NCBI GenBank assembly: GCA_017499595.2
Contig: CM038998.1
Location: forward strand, 2,852,001 to 2,916,000
Length of the DNA: 64,000 bases
Direction: 5' to 3'
Origin: Psilocybe cubensis
Lineage: Eukaryota
Made by a program: the position numbers and the translations under genes. Positions 11,962-25,644 of this stretch are shown here, piece by piece; positions within the stretch are counted from its first letter, which is position 1, and each line of letters opens with the position of its first letter. The notes under the pieces were generated by a model that searched no databases, had not been told where the DNA came from, and was given only the letters and a program-made list of their open reading frames with translations.

Positions 11962-12413
11962 TCATAAAGGGGTGGTCTCTCTCTGTCCAACATACTCCCA
12001 TTGTCCAGGTTCAGGCTTCTCCTCCAGGGGTTCCCATCTGCACATTCAGTCCATGAGATATACGCTGAATGAATCGAGTATATTGCTTACGCTTTCCACT
12101 CCACCATCTTTGCAGCAAGCGACAGTTCGTCTGCGGCAATGTCCAACGACTCCTCTATGTGGCCCTCCTTGAGCAGCTTCTCTGCCAGAGAAATGTCTCC
12201 GTTCGCCTTGTTTGTTACAATGTTCAGTTTGTGCCGCACAAGCGCTTCAACGCCCTGTCGATAGACGGATGTTTGCGGGATAGACGAGAGAGTCGCGAGT
12301 GTAGATTCGTAGGTTTTGACGAGCTCTGGCAGGGGGTTTGGGTGGACGGCAAGGCCATGAATGCCTGTTGTGCGCTTGAGCGCCTGGCGCAGAGGATGTG
12401 TGAGGCGAAACAT
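11962..12413 (-). CDS. NDUFA5: NADH:ubiquinone oxidoreductase subunit NDUFA5 (B13)
   Basis: KRTTGIHGLAVHPNP...IPQTSVYRQGVEA...GHIEE...ELSLAAKMVEWKA/WEPLEEKPEPGQWEY, two exons. Confidence 0.93.
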
Positions 12414-12532
12414 GGACGATGAGAGTTGCAGAACAACTTTGGACTGTGAGAGTGAGTCGCGTCGGAGTCTTAATTTTTAATTTCTGGAGACGAGCGTTTT
12501 GCACTTGCAAAGTTGCTTGCCATCCTTTCCCT

Positions 12533-12951
12533 ATGGCTGCCCTCGCTCTACGACAAACCCAGAGTATCCTGCGCATCCTGCCATTTGGCCGTTGGCAAGC
12601 ACCCGCTTTCGCAGTGCCCTCGCTCGCCGCACCCAGTACATCATGGTCTTTGCCTTCGCTCGACTCGCTTCTCGATCTCCTTCCCCCCTTCCTGCTTGCC
12701 GTGCCCAAGTCAAAAACATCACACTCTCGAAAGGCGATGAGAAGCGCGAACAAGGGTCTAAAGGACAAGCGAAGTGCGCCAATTTCCGTTGCAATGCGTA
12801 GAATGCCAGTGTGCTGACGGGTTCTACAGATATCACCAATTGCGCTGGTTGTGGGTCTGTGAAGCTCGCACATAATATATGCCCGAATTGCTACAGCGCA
12901 GTGACGCGTGCATGGAAAGCAAAAAACAAAGACGTCCCTGATCTGTCATGA
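12533..12951 (+). CDS. MRPL32: Mitochondrial ribosomal protein bL32m
   Basis: Presequence, then LLAVPKSKTSHSRKAMRSANKGLK and the zinc ribbon CAGCGSVKLAHNICPNC. One intron. Confidence 0.92.
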
Positions 12952-13406
12952 CGCGTTATATCGACTTTGCTTTAGGTATTTGTGAGTAGCCGAATTCTTA
13001 CCCTTTACATCCAACTAAACTCTTCTGCGTTTCTTTTCCAGACGTACCGATTTGACACTTTGCGCTACTTCTCCGGGACTGCAAGTTCCTTCAAACTGCT
13101 TGTGAAGATCGATCTCTGCCGAAGCGCGTCCTCAAATCGAGCACGAGGGATTAGACACATATGTACATTATTAATGGAATTTATATACGCTACAGTTTCT
13201 GCCTGTGTATTTCCAAGATGAGCGGAAGTGTCGAGAGCAGGTGCACAGAAGTAATTGCCCACGAGTTCTCGCCTGCCGGATCTGGTCCGCGGCACCTCTC
13301 TCCCTTCTCATGTGAACATGTTCTTACTTATACACGGTCGGCTTTACAGCATGTCCTTGTTTTCCTTCCCTCGCTTGCTTAATCTTGTTCCCTGCTATCG
13401 CTCGCC

Positions 13407-15131
13407 ATGTTGCTTCCTTCCCGTGTTTCTTTAAGACGTGCTGTACATCCTGCATTGATTCGAGCTGCTAGCTCTTCGACCGGGCGATACAATGGTCTTG
13501 CGGACATTCTCGAAAAGCGACCTGACGATGTTGTCATTACGTTTGCGAAACGTACAGCTGTTGGGAAAGCAAAGAAAGGTCAACTGAAGGATACCCCAGT
13601 TGATGAACTTTTGCATGCGTTGTTCAAGGTCTTGTTATTGTACTATTCAGTCTCCCAGCTTGTCTCCTCAACTGTCTTCTAGGCAACCCTGGAGAAAACA
13701 AAGCTGGACCCTTCCAAAATTGACGATATCTGCGTGGGTGTGTGCCATTGTCTACCCTGCAATCCGAGGCATAGTTGACAATGTTTCCCCCAGCAACTTG
13801 CCACCCACCTTCCCCGTTATATGTATCACGGGCTGCAGCCATTGCGGCGGGGATACCCTACCAAGTGCCAATCTCAGTTGTGAACAGGCTTTGCTCTTCG
13901 GGGTTAATGGCGATTCGCTCCATTGCCCATTCCATTCAAACTGGAGAGGCTTCACTTGGACTGGCAGTTGGCGTGGAGAGCATGAGCTTAAAGTTCGTAT
14001 ACTATGAGGCTCGCTTTGGTTACATAGTGCTAACGATGATGGGATAGTCCTAGGCCCACCCCCGAAGTTGTAGAGGCAGTCTCTGAGCACCCTCATGCGT
14101 ATGATTGCATGCAGGTGCGCTGTCTATTATCGGTATACACAAGCTTAAAATAATTGAATGCATTCAGCCCATGGGCTGGACTTCAGAAATGGTCGCTCAG
14201 GCGTATAATGTGTCGCGCAAAAAGCAAGACGAATATGCGTTTATATCCCATAGCAGAGCAAGCAAGGTAAGACTTTATCAGACGCATAAACAGCCATTTT
14301 ACAATTACGGCAGGCTGTGTCCAAGGGAATTTTCGCGGATGAAATCATTCCGATCGAATTAAAGGGTCAAGTAGTTTCCGTCGATGATACCGTTAGGCCA
14401 GGTGTTACCCTCGAAGGACTTGCCAAACTGAAGCCCGCGTTCCCTAACTGGGGAGAAGCGAGCACTACAGCTGGAAATGCCAGTGGGGTAGGTGATGGGG
14501 CAGGGCTTTGCATTTTGACTACCCGTGCCAAAGCAGAAGAAGAAGGCATGGAAATCGTTGGCAAATATATCACATCAACGGTGGTTGGTAAGTTGGCAAA
14601 GCTGAGCAAAGATATCGCATTTTGACTCAGAATGCAGGTGTGGAACCCCGGTATATGGGCATTTCACCTATCTTTGCTATTCCAAAAGTGCTTGAGCAAG
14701 TAGGATTGACCAAGGAAGATGTCGATGTTTACGAGGTATGTGCTGTGGCTTATATTTCCACCGGTATCTGACGCGTCTTTAGATCAACGAAGCGTTTGCC
14801 TCCCAATTTGCGTACTGCGTAGAGGAATTAGGCGTACCAATCAAAAAGATAAACCCCAAGTACGTTGGGCAGATACAATTGTTGCCGAACAAGACTAACT
14901 TTAATCTAGCGGTGGCGCAATAGCTATCTCTCACCCCCTTGCCATGAGTATGCCATGTTGTATTTTCTGTACAGAACATTTCCGCTGACAAATGGCCAAG
15001 CTGGTGTGCGACAAGTTGTGACTGGACTCGCAGAACTCAAAAGAAGGAACGGAGATATTCTTTTGACAAGTATGTGCGTTGGAAGTGGAATGGGTGCTGC
15101 CGGTATCTTCGTGAACGAAGCAAAGCAGTAG
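13407..15131 (+). CDS. 3-ketoacyl-CoA thiolase with a probable mitochondrial presequence
   Basis: VNRLCSSGL (catalytic Cys), [42 protein letters not shown]. Confidence 0.95.
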
Positions 15132-15742
15132 GCATGCTCCGTACATTTGAACCAGATAGTGATGAGAATGCGACAGATTATAGCAGGAAGGACACATATA
15201 TTGGCATTTAAACATTGCACTGATACAGATACACACGGTGAACAAAGATTACATGACAACGAGGTGAGGCATCTGTGAGGTAAAAAGGATAGTCAGCACT
15301 GGTATTGTAACACACAATAGCGCGTGAATCCTCAGAAAGTCATTTATGTCATTAAGCCACATACAAGTATGCGGATTAAATCGACTAAGAGGTGCCATAG
15401 GTTGAAAAATTTACAACACTCGTCACAGAAGAGAGAAAATATATTGTTGAAACTAACCTTACAATGATAGCACGCGACGGACGTGTCGAACAGAAGGAGG
15501 AGATGTAGACAACCTGAAGTCACGGAGAATCGCGGTCTATATAGGAATACGACACATCACGTGCCCGGCAACGGGCGAATGAAACTATGTAGCTCATCAA
15601 GCCACCCGATCAGATTGTAGGCATAGTATTATCGGCGTCGTCCTCGTCACTCACAGCAAGCAAGGTATGGTGCATCTATTGAATCTTTGTCAGTGCCCTT
15701 GCTGAACTCTTTGGTTTTTCTATCCACAGCGCCATCGTCAAA

Positions 15743-16691
15743 ATGTCGGCTCAAATTAGCAAGAAGAGAAAGTTCGTGGCTGATGGTGTCTTCCGCGCCG
15801 AACTCAACGAGTTTTTCACCCGTGAACTTGCTGAGGAGGGCTACTCTGGCTGTGATGTCCGAGTGACCCATGCTCGCACTGAGGTACTTCGCCTCTGACA
15901 CTGTGATTTTTTACCAATTTGTTATTAATTTATGGCAATTTAAAGATCATTATCCGTGCTACTCATACCCAAGAAGTTCTTGGAGAGAAGGGCCGCCGCA
16001 TTCGTGAACTCACCGCCCTCGTTCAAAAACGTTTCAAATTCCCCGAAAATTCCCTCGAACTCTATGCTGAGAAGGTTCAATATCGTGGTCTTTCTGCTAT
16101 TGCTCAGTGCGAGTCATTGAGGTACAAACTCCTCGGTGGCCTTGCCGTCCGTCGGTGCGTTGAGTTTGGGGGTGTTCTGTTAGTTTGGTATTGACAGGTT
16201 GCAAAGCGCTTGCTACGGTGTCCTCCGTTTCGTTATGGAGTCTGGCGCCAAAGGCTGCGAAGTTGTCGTCTCAGGGAAACTTCGTGCCGCTCGTGCCAAG
16301 TCGATGAAATTCACCGACGGATTCATGATCCACTCCGGTCAGCCAGCCCGCGACTTCGTCGATTACGCCGTTCGCCACGTCCTGCTTCGCCAGGGCGTCC
16401 TAGGAATCAAGGTCAAAATGTACGTCCATTGTATATTTTGTTGAATGAAATGCTTGACTCATTCCTACTAGCATGAAGGGTTGGGATCCTGAAGGTCAAC
16501 TTGGACCGCGCAAGCCTCTCCCCGACTCTGTCCAAATCCTCGAACCCCCAGTCGACAAAGTCGTTTCCGAGCCCACCTCGGAGCAACGCGAACCTGTCGT
16601 CCCCGTCGCTGTTCCCGCCCCCGCCGAGGAGTATGCTGCCGAACCCGGATATCAGCAGCCTGAGGCTTACGCTGAGCAACCTGTGTTCTGA
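15743..16691 (+). CDS. RPS3: 40S ribosomal protein S3 (uS3)
   Basis: [25 protein letters not shown]...[11 protein letters not shown]...[23 protein letters not shown]. 5'-UTR intron at about 15665-15729. Confidence 0.98.
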
Positions 16692-16854
16692 TCTCTCTCG
16701 TTCATGTTGTATATTTCGCTATGATCATTTTACCATTCCTACACTCGTGAATTGCCACATGTGTGCTCAAAAAAAATATTATTTGCGGAAGTCAACAGCG
16801 AACACTATCATCTAAGCAATGGTCGATAACATGTGTGAAAGCTTGTGAACAAGA

Positions 16855-19800
16855 TCAGTTAAACGTTTGAGTTACACTACTACCCGCCAATCCATCCATC
16901 GGGAGTTGGAACACCATTGTCTTTATCAATCCAGCACCCCAATGCTTAGGTTTTTTCCCAACCCCCAAGGCAAGTGATACTTGTGCCGCTATGATTGATT
17001 GTGAAGGGTCAGAAATTGTTACCTCTCCAGTGTCGAGTCTGTAGATCAGGGCAATGTTTCCCGATGTCTCCACGGTAACAGGCGCCGCCTTTTTTCCAGG
17101 TGCGAAGGTTACTGAACCTCCTGCTTCTACCCAAAAGACTGCCATGAAGGTTTGGTTGGGTTCGTCGAACAGCGCTGAAATGACGCCGTCGTTTTGAATT
17201 GTCTGGAGTTTCAGTTCATTGGTTTTTTGCTTGAATTGCTTTTGGGTGGTACCAGGGAATGCCGTATACTCTATTGACGAAAGCAAAGATTCGTGTTCGA
17301 TCCAGGCTGCGAATAAATTGACCGTGATGGGCGGTTGGGTCGATGTACCAATGGTTGACCAGTTTCCGGACTTTTCGCCAAATTGGACCGACACACTTGC
17401 AGTACCGTTGAAATCTGGGAAGGTGTACCCGACATTGCCATGCCACAACGTTTGGACTTGTGCCTTGGACATGGATTGACTTGCTACTCCATTCACCATG
17501 ATGTTCCCGTCGAACCGTTTTTGGTCAAGAACGGTATATACGGGAGCATTTGTCTGGGAAGTTATGTTCGATATCATGATGTGTTGGACATCGTTGTCGA
17601 GGAAAAATACAGCCTTTTGGAAGTGAAGAGATCGGGTGAGAGGGTTGGTGTATCTTAGGGCAGCAATTCCGATGGTATCGTCAGAAGCACCTCCCACAAA
17701 GCTTTCAATTCCTGTTTGTTGGGTCGTTCCACAGACAAGTGGTGTTGCGCCATAGTCGACTGTAATACCAGGGATGAGATTCCAATCCCACGCTGCTGCT
17801 ATGTCCTCGTATTCGTTGCCAGCAAGGTATGTGTACAATACACCATCAGACAAGTGGAAACCTTCGGGCTACATAGTATTAGAGTATGAACTAGGGATAG
17901 TCTCGAAAAGACAATTTCTTACATTTTGCAGATTGGTACACTCTGTGTTCTGTGTCCGCGAAGAAAACATTTTGAAGGTTGTCACATAATTCTTGCCTCG
18001 TTGGACCTAGAGTCAAATTTTATGGTCAGATACGAATAGAAAGCATTAGAGAACGTTCTAACCATATAATCGTTAGCATAAAACATGCGATTACCTTGCA
18101 GTTGACCAGCATTGGCATTATCGGTGGGCGCATTCAAACTGTTCGCGAAGTTGATCAAAGAATCGGACGACCATTGATTGCCTAATTCAAGTACTTCCGT
18201 CAAGTTTATTTTGATGCTACCAGTTGCTCTGCGGGTAATGAATAAAAACACAAAAATTAAAAAGACATTTTGCTGACTGGTTATCAATTACTGGAAAACT
18301 GATAAAGCGGCCAAGTACAGACTACGTTGAAGGAAATGAATATTAGTCGGTCTTGAATATAATCAACACTCACAAAATCCCAGTGGAGCACTCCCGTTAT
18401 TGAGTTTCGGAAAATCATCCATCGATCACCGTCGAAAAGCGTTGCAAATGCATCCTGAGAATCAGAGTTTGCTGCGAATTGAGTTCCTCCCGCCTCAACT
18501 TCAAGGTCAAGGAGATCATTAGTGCTATAGGATATTGTTAGAGAGCGGTGAAAATGATTCGACTGTGAGAATAGTGTCCTACTAATCCTTCCCTTTTAAA
18601 AAATTAGTGAAATGTCTCGTTAAATTGCAATGAGAGAACACACCGTAATTTCCATTGTAAAGCATGCCACTGTGCTGTCCTAAAATAGAGTTAAATACAT
18701 TCACCTAATGCTTGGTACACAGGTTAGAGTAAACCTGACTGACCAAAAGATCCATCTGCCCGAATCCCGTCCGCTTTGATCCCATTTTTTATTTGGAGCT
18801 CTAGATGCACTCGTCGATATGCATCCGTAAGCAGCGAGACATTGTAAGTCAACAGGCCCTGGTCAATTCCAATTTTGGCGACATCAAGAGCGTTGGCCCC
18901 CGTTAAGGTGCCCACACCATTGATACTGGTGTCGAAAGTTGCATATGTGCGTCCAGTCATGTGGGTGCAGTTATTGAGTTGAGTCTCGGCAAGGGTGTCG
19001 TTGAGGAGAAGACACGTCTGGCTCACAAGCTCCGGGATTAATATGATCTGTGATAGTAGTAGTTAGGACGCGTCTAAGAAGGTGGGTAGGTCGGCAACTA
19101 ACGTTTGAGAACCAATTGGTGTTCCTATAGAGCAAAAATAAGCTGCTTGTAATTAAAATAACAGAGTTTGCGTACCATAAACTATTATCAGGGTTGTCAC
19201 AAGGGCATGCAGGCGTGCCTCCTGAGTCCAGGCAGGCCGGATTTGTGAAGTCTCTGCCAAACCAATAATCCATAGCACTCGAAATTGCGGCCCTAAGAGT
19301 ACTGTCCTGTACAAATTGGTCTCCGCCAGCCAGACCCCCATGCCAAGCAGCAGCCATGACGACTTTGATACAAGCCAAATTAGTTTATAGACATTTATTT
19401 TAGAGTGCACCTGACTGACGAATGCGTTGCCAGTGCGTTTGAGCTGGCCAATTTGCACGACGCGCAGGGCATCCTGTAGTGTAATCTACTTCGTTATCTG
19501 GCCATTTTCCATCGCTCCCGAGAGTTGACAGCCTTCAACTTACGATGAGTACACAATCAACAACATTGGCTTCAATGCTCACCAAGCTGGAATTTGATTC
19601 GGAGATGCAGCTGCTCCAATAATGGAGCTAAGTCTTCGCGATTGCAGGGTATGGATCTCGTCTAAGGTAGTTGGGTCAATAGACTGAGTAGGTTGGGAGG
19701 AAGGATTGGTTGCCGTTGAAGTGGGGAGCAAAGTGGTATTTTGAGACTGAACTGCAGAAGTTATGGATGTGGGCGTTAGGACTGAAAGGGCAGAAGTTCC

Positions 19801-20016
19801 ATTTCCTGATTGTGTAACGGGAATAATTTGAGTTGGACTGCCCGATGAAACGGTCGTTCCGTTGGTTGGGAAAACAGAAGAAGAATTTGACGCTAATGCG
19901 GTGAAATTACCAGATGAACTACTCAAGCTAACTGCCGAACAGGACAATGGCCCGGTTAAAAGAATGTGTGTATGAAAAAGAACGTGTAACGAGAGTAGTA
20001 GACTCGACCACAACAT
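16855..20016 (-). CDS. Secreted polysaccharide lyase family 8 (chondroitin/hyaluronate lyase-like), copy 1, with a Ser/Thr-rich N-terminal extension
   Basis: Signal peptide MLWSSLLLSL..., then NTNWFSN, LTGANALD, DGIRADGSFGQHSGMLYNGNYGKDY, WDFSVLGRFI, GNRMFYANDYMV, FHLSDG and WDWNLIPGITV. Confidence 0.9.
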
Positions 20017-20886
20017 CGAAAACCAATGTGGAAGCAGGTTTGGGGATGAATATACGCGAGAGTCTGTGGCTAGATTAAATGATAATGCCAGATACATATA
20101 CTTTTTAGGCCCAGAAGTTGGGAAGGTTCGCCCTGTGCTAAACTGTTGAGATCTGAGAACCCGAATCTTTTTCCCGTCATGAGCGCCCGCTCCGTAAGGA
20201 ATCCGTCCATGGATCTAAGTTTGGCCTCGATGCCCGTGACAGTGAAGAGTGGGGCCAACGTTACGGAATGTATCTCAATCCACGAGTGCGCGCCTCGTGG
20301 ATGTCTGAAAGCATGACACTTGGTGTGATTGTTGCAAGAATTTTCGCCGCAAAGTCCCCAGGTTCAGGTTTCAGGTCTAGCGGCCCGCTCAGTGTAGAAC
20401 TAGAAACATTAGCAATTGGATCCTATGGCAGAACAGCGGCGGTGCCTATATCGATGTAAGATTTGAGGAAATCAGATGATGTGGTAGTGGGGAGATCTGA
20501 ACAAATACTGTATATCAGTTTTCAAAGAAGACTGCACTGGTAAGATCAAAACGAAGCCAGTAGTAGCTGGCACTTTTGCGTGGCGCGTATCACGAGCATG
20601 GAAGCACATGGAATGTGGATAGATATGGTTACACAGTCAATCCCTTAGTTGCTTGTCGTCAGTAAATTTTCATTTGTACAGACAGTTGACGGCAATATGG
20701 CCATTGGACACATTTCCAGAAGGGTCGATGAACGTAAATTAAGTGGCAGTTTACCAAAATGGCCCGTACGTGGTAAGAGTAGATGCGACAAAAAATATAT
20801 ACACCCATTTCCCTTCATAGAAGACTCATTTCAGTCAGGGAGGAAATACGAAATACGCGGTTACATTGACCGGCAAAATTGACGCC

Positions 20887-23691
20887 TTAGAATAAAGTCT
20901 GATGGACGCTACTCCCAACTATGGCATCAGAAGGAAGATTAACAGATATTGATTTGGATTTGGATGATGAAGCCCATCCAGGAGGGACGCCACCAGACCC
21001 AAGAGTGAAATTGACTGTTAAAGTCGTGAGTGATTGTGTGGGGTCCGAAAGTGTGATGGCCCATGTGCTGAGATTGATGATAAGAATGCTACTACCATTT
21101 GTTTTCACGGTCAAGGCTGCGCTCCCTGGAATTGTTGAAGGCACGGTGACAGAACCTCCTCCGTCTACCCAGAACACCAACATAGCTACGTTATAGGAGA
21201 TATCAAGCAGTGCAGAAATACTCCCGTCATTACGAATAGAGAGAAGTTGAGAGTTCATCAACTTCTGCTCGAACAATGCCTGAGTAGTAGCCGGGAAGAT
21301 TGCATATGACGCTGCTGAAGTGGTGTCGATATGATTGAGCCAGGCGCTAAATAGATCGACTGTGGTTGGAGGTTGCTTAGAAGACCCGATAGTCTGCCAG
21401 GATCCAGAGGAAGTGGCGAGAGATACAGACAGCGCGGTGCCTGTATTGGTGGTATTAAAAGAGTAGCCAACTCCTCCATGCCAGAGAGAAGAGGCATTTG
21501 TGAAATTCCCACCAGTGGTTTGAACCCCATTTACATAGACAGGTCCGAGCTGCCTTTTTTGATCCAGAACAGAAATGATGGGCACTGGTGTAGTAGAGGT
21601 CAAACGCGCTACCATTACGAACTGGATGTCGTCGTTGAGAAAAAACCAGGTCTTGCGCCAATTCAAGGTCTTTGTAGTAGGTGTCTCGTACCGCATGGCT
21701 GCCACACCAATGGTTCCATCGGATGCACCACCGACAAATGGCTGAGTGCCTGTTTTTCGTGCAGTCGAACAGTTGAGCGGAGTGCCTCCGTAATCAACCG
21801 TAATTCCAGGAATAAGGTTCCAATCCCAAGCAGCAAAAATGTCTTCGTATTCGTTTCCCGTCAAATAGGTATACAACGCTCCGTCGGAGAGATGGAATCC
21901 GAAAGGGTTTTGTGAATTTGTACATTCCGTGTTCTGAGTCCTTTGTGAAAACATTTTGAGGGTCGAGACATATCCATTTCCCCGATGGACCTGTATCAAA
22001 AAGACTTTCGGTCAAATTCCGTGTGTTTGAACATAGTCAGTGCCCACTACCATGTAATCGTTGGCATAAAACATCTGATTTCCGTTAAGTGAGCCAATGT
22101 TGGCTGTAGTGGACGCAGTGGATGATAATAAATTAAAAACTTGAGAAATTTCGGGTGACGCCCATAATTGTCCAAGTACCTGCATTTGGGTAAGGTTTGT
22201 TTTTATGCTGGAACTAGCTCTACAGCCCAGTTTCAACGCCTAATTACTCAAGAACTGAGGTCATACCACATACTGTAGATCTGCCACAGGTAAACTGATG
22301 AATCGGCCAATAACAGACTAGAAAGGGCTTGGTTATTTTATTGTAACTTTTGACCGAGCCAGTCAACCAATAAATACGAGATGTACTCACAAAATCCCAG
22401 TGTAAAACTTGGGTAACCGTGTTGAGAAAAATCATCCATTGGTTCGCAAGCAGTAGAGTAATAAAGGCAGAACGAGAAGAATCTTGAGCTTGAAATACTG
22501 TTCCAGCTGCAGTAAGCTCCAGGTTATAGAGGTCATTGGCACTGTGAAACAAAACAGTAAACGAGTTGGGAATCGATAAATTTCAAGTCAACATACTAAT
22601 CCTTTCCTGAAGACGCAAATTATGATCGAGCTTTTCACTAATAGAGAAGGCGAGACATACCATAATTCCCATTATACAAGATTCCAGCATGCTGACCTTG
22701 GAGTGTGTAGATGCTATCAAGACCATGAGCTAGAGAAGTGATACAATCCTTGCTTACCGAAAGAGCCATCCGGGCGTATCCTATCTGTTTTCACTCCATT
22801 TTTAATAGTTAATTCTTGATGAACTCTATTATAGGCATCGGCAAGGAGAGTCATGTTGGTAGTCAACAACCCCAGATCTATTCCAATACTAGCGATGTCG
22901 AGAGTGTTTGATCCCGTTATGGCACTGACACCATTGATACCAGTTTGAAAAGTTCGATAAGCTCTGCCGGTCATTGTTTGACACCCTGCAGCCTCCGTTG
23001 ATGATAAAGAGTCGCCTAGAAGCAAGCAAACTTGACCGACCCAGCCTGGTATCAAGATTATCTATAATTGAAATTAGATCGTGACATGTTATTTCAGCAA
23101 AAGATAGTACGTTTGAATTCCAGTTTTTATTCCATAAGCCTGGCGTTGTACAAGGACAGGCAGTCGTGCCTCCAGAGTCTAAGCAAGCTGGAATGGTGAA
23201 GTCGTTCGAGAACCAAAAATTCATGGCTAAACTGATCGCATTTCTTAGAGTGGGATTGCCAACATATTGGCCAGCATTCTTAAGACCTCCATTCCAGGCA
23301 GCTGCAAATGTGTCTAATGATAACCTCAGCATATACCCTAATCATGGCATGATTAGATTGCTACACTGACTGATTCGACTCCAGTGAGATTGGGCGGGCC
23401 AGCTGGCGGTTTGCGCATCGCATCCAGTTGTGTAATTGATTTCTGAGTCTGGCCACTTTCCATCACTCCCAAGCGTAGACAGCCTGAGGCATGCAGTGTT
23501 TCTCAGCAAGCAAATCCCAGTGGACGTGTAAAATTTGGTCACCAAGTGGCAATCGATGTTGAACCTGTGGTGCTTCCAACGATTATTGACAACCTTTGCT
23601 CGCGGGCGACTGAAATGTCGTCGCCAAAGACGAGGGCTGGCTGAATTGCAAGTATACAGACGCAAGAGAGCGTGATGGCTTGTAGCTTCAT
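20887..23691 (-). CDS. Secreted polysaccharide lyase family 8, copy 2
   Basis: Signal peptide MKLQAITLSCVCILAIQPALVFG, then RPDGSFGQHAGILYNGNYGKDY, WDFSVIGRFISLP, GNQMFYANDYMV and WDWNLIPGITV. Intron positions parallel copy 1. Confidence 0.9.
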
Positions 23692-24713
23692 GATTGAATG
23701 GTGCTCTTGGAGGACGAACTTCATGACATTTATACTGATTTTACCAGAAGCCAAGTTGTCCACACCTGAGAGGCCATGCGATCACCATCAATGCTGAGTC
23801 GAAAGGCACGGATGCACAGTTCACTCAGTTTTGTGCAACTTCACGAAGTCATGTTTACGGAAGCGGGGAATGTAGACAAAGTAGTTTTTCCGGGATGACG
23901 CAGTTCAAAATTATGCGCACTGTGAATATGCTGAACGTCGAAAGCGCCGAGGTTTAATGATACACTATGGAGTCGGCGCGCCAAATGGGTTCGATATGGG
24001 CATGTGTTACCGTCTCCCGCTTCAACAACCAAGATTCAAAAGCGGAGTTTGTTCGGAATTTCAGATGACTTCTAGATAGACGGCAGCGCGACTAGGAGTG
24101 TGTGTCGTGTTTCCAGCAAGGTTCTGATATTCTAATATTGATGCATCCAGAGGCAGTAGTCATTGTGCTGCGTCAGTTGTTCCCCACCGAACTGATGGGT
24201 TATATGATTACGCCCAGGCTGCACCCAGGTAGTACTTCAACACGTTGAGCTACCAACCAGGCCCGATAAGAAGGTGATTTGGACGTAGTATCGGGTGATA
24301 TACTTCATGTGATCGCGAGTCAGAACGTGAGCGTCAAAACCTGAAAACCAAGGCCATCAAAACATCATCGGCAAGGTGGGAAATGCACGATATCCAGCAC
24401 GTGTGACATCCTCATGGACTGGTTAGAGCGTTTATTTTAGTAAATAACAATCAATCTTTCAATCGGCTTTCCGCAACATTGACACAAGACGCACCATGTT
24501 TACCATGGCAAAAAAGAGAAGCACAGAAGAAAAGATCAGAAATATATGCAAGATACTTGAAGTTGATGATGTAGTATACATATATATATATACCTTGTAC
24601 GTTGTACAGGCAAAATTATGAGATTGTAGACTGGGTTAAAATGCAGACGCAGAAAAGTCCTCGCCTCCAGAATCATTATTCGTACGCTTTCTTGTCAAAT
24701 GCTGATGATGTGG

Positions 24714-25644
24714 TCAAATACTTTTGGTAGATGTTATGTTGAGCTTGGTCAGAGAGCTGATAACGGGAACGGCGTAGAATGCATATGCCACCCAAGCCAC
24801 TATGTGAGCATGGTGTGTCAGGGAAAGCTTCAGGTTTATGATAGGTTAGTTACTGACTGGTAAAAGCATTTCCGATGGATGCAATAAGCTGAGGGCCATT
24901 CTTTCCTTGCACTGAGATACTGCCATTGAAATCTTGGACGGATTTTCCAAACCACATACGGAGTATGAGGAAAGAAGTTAAGCCTATTGTTCAAGGCGAA
25001 AGTTAGTTTGCTATAGAGGGCCGTGACAAAATATACATACCAATAAGAAAACCGAAGACACCAATCCAGGCCGATACACGGGGCAACATAGGCTTCTCCA
25101 AAAGTGCAGCAAGCTTGGCACCCATTTTGTGGCGGAACGAAATGACGGTAAAAATCACGAAGAAGACAGTCGAGAGGAAGATCCCAATTGCCACGAAAGC
25201 CGGAACGGAGGCCGAAGGTGCTGAGAGCAACATAGTGGGTGCATTACTGGGGAGCAAAGAGAGATCTGCAAGTCATTAGTACATAGTCTCGGGTGCTTGA
25301 AGTAGAATGTCGTACTAACCATATTTGGGGGACATTGTGACGCTTGTGCAGTTTATGCTTGCACCGTCCTTGGCTCTGGCGCACGAGCCTGTACAATCAC
25401 AATTAGATTATAATCTGACGTTTACAAAAATAAACTTGCCTAACATCCCCATGAAGACACTGGGGCCATCGACACTTTGCGTCTCAGCTTGTAGTTCCGT
25501 CGATGGCAAAACCGTTATTAGAGACACCCTGTCATGAAGAAGCAATGTAGGTGCAAGGAGAGAAAACAGTGAAAGAAGTATGGCGGTTAATTGAAGCACA
25601 GGAGCGAGGTAAAGAACGACAGCTTTGGAGAGTCCTGAAATCAT
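24714..25644 (-). CDS. Four-pass membrane protein, SUR7/PalI-like
   Basis: N-terminal hydrophobic helix, an extracellular loop with GMLGSC...C, then three more TM segments. Five exons, ending ...STKSI*. Confidence 0.6.

Noticed and set aside
13065-13295. Small minus-strand gene between MRPL32 and thiolase
   Set aside because: No convincing start or splice chain. A protein-like tail would need an unusual GAG acceptor.
13407-13500. Peroxisomal PTS2/PTS1 on the thiolase
   Set aside because: RV-x5-HL spacing is not met and the C-terminus is AKQ. The leader looks mitochondrial.
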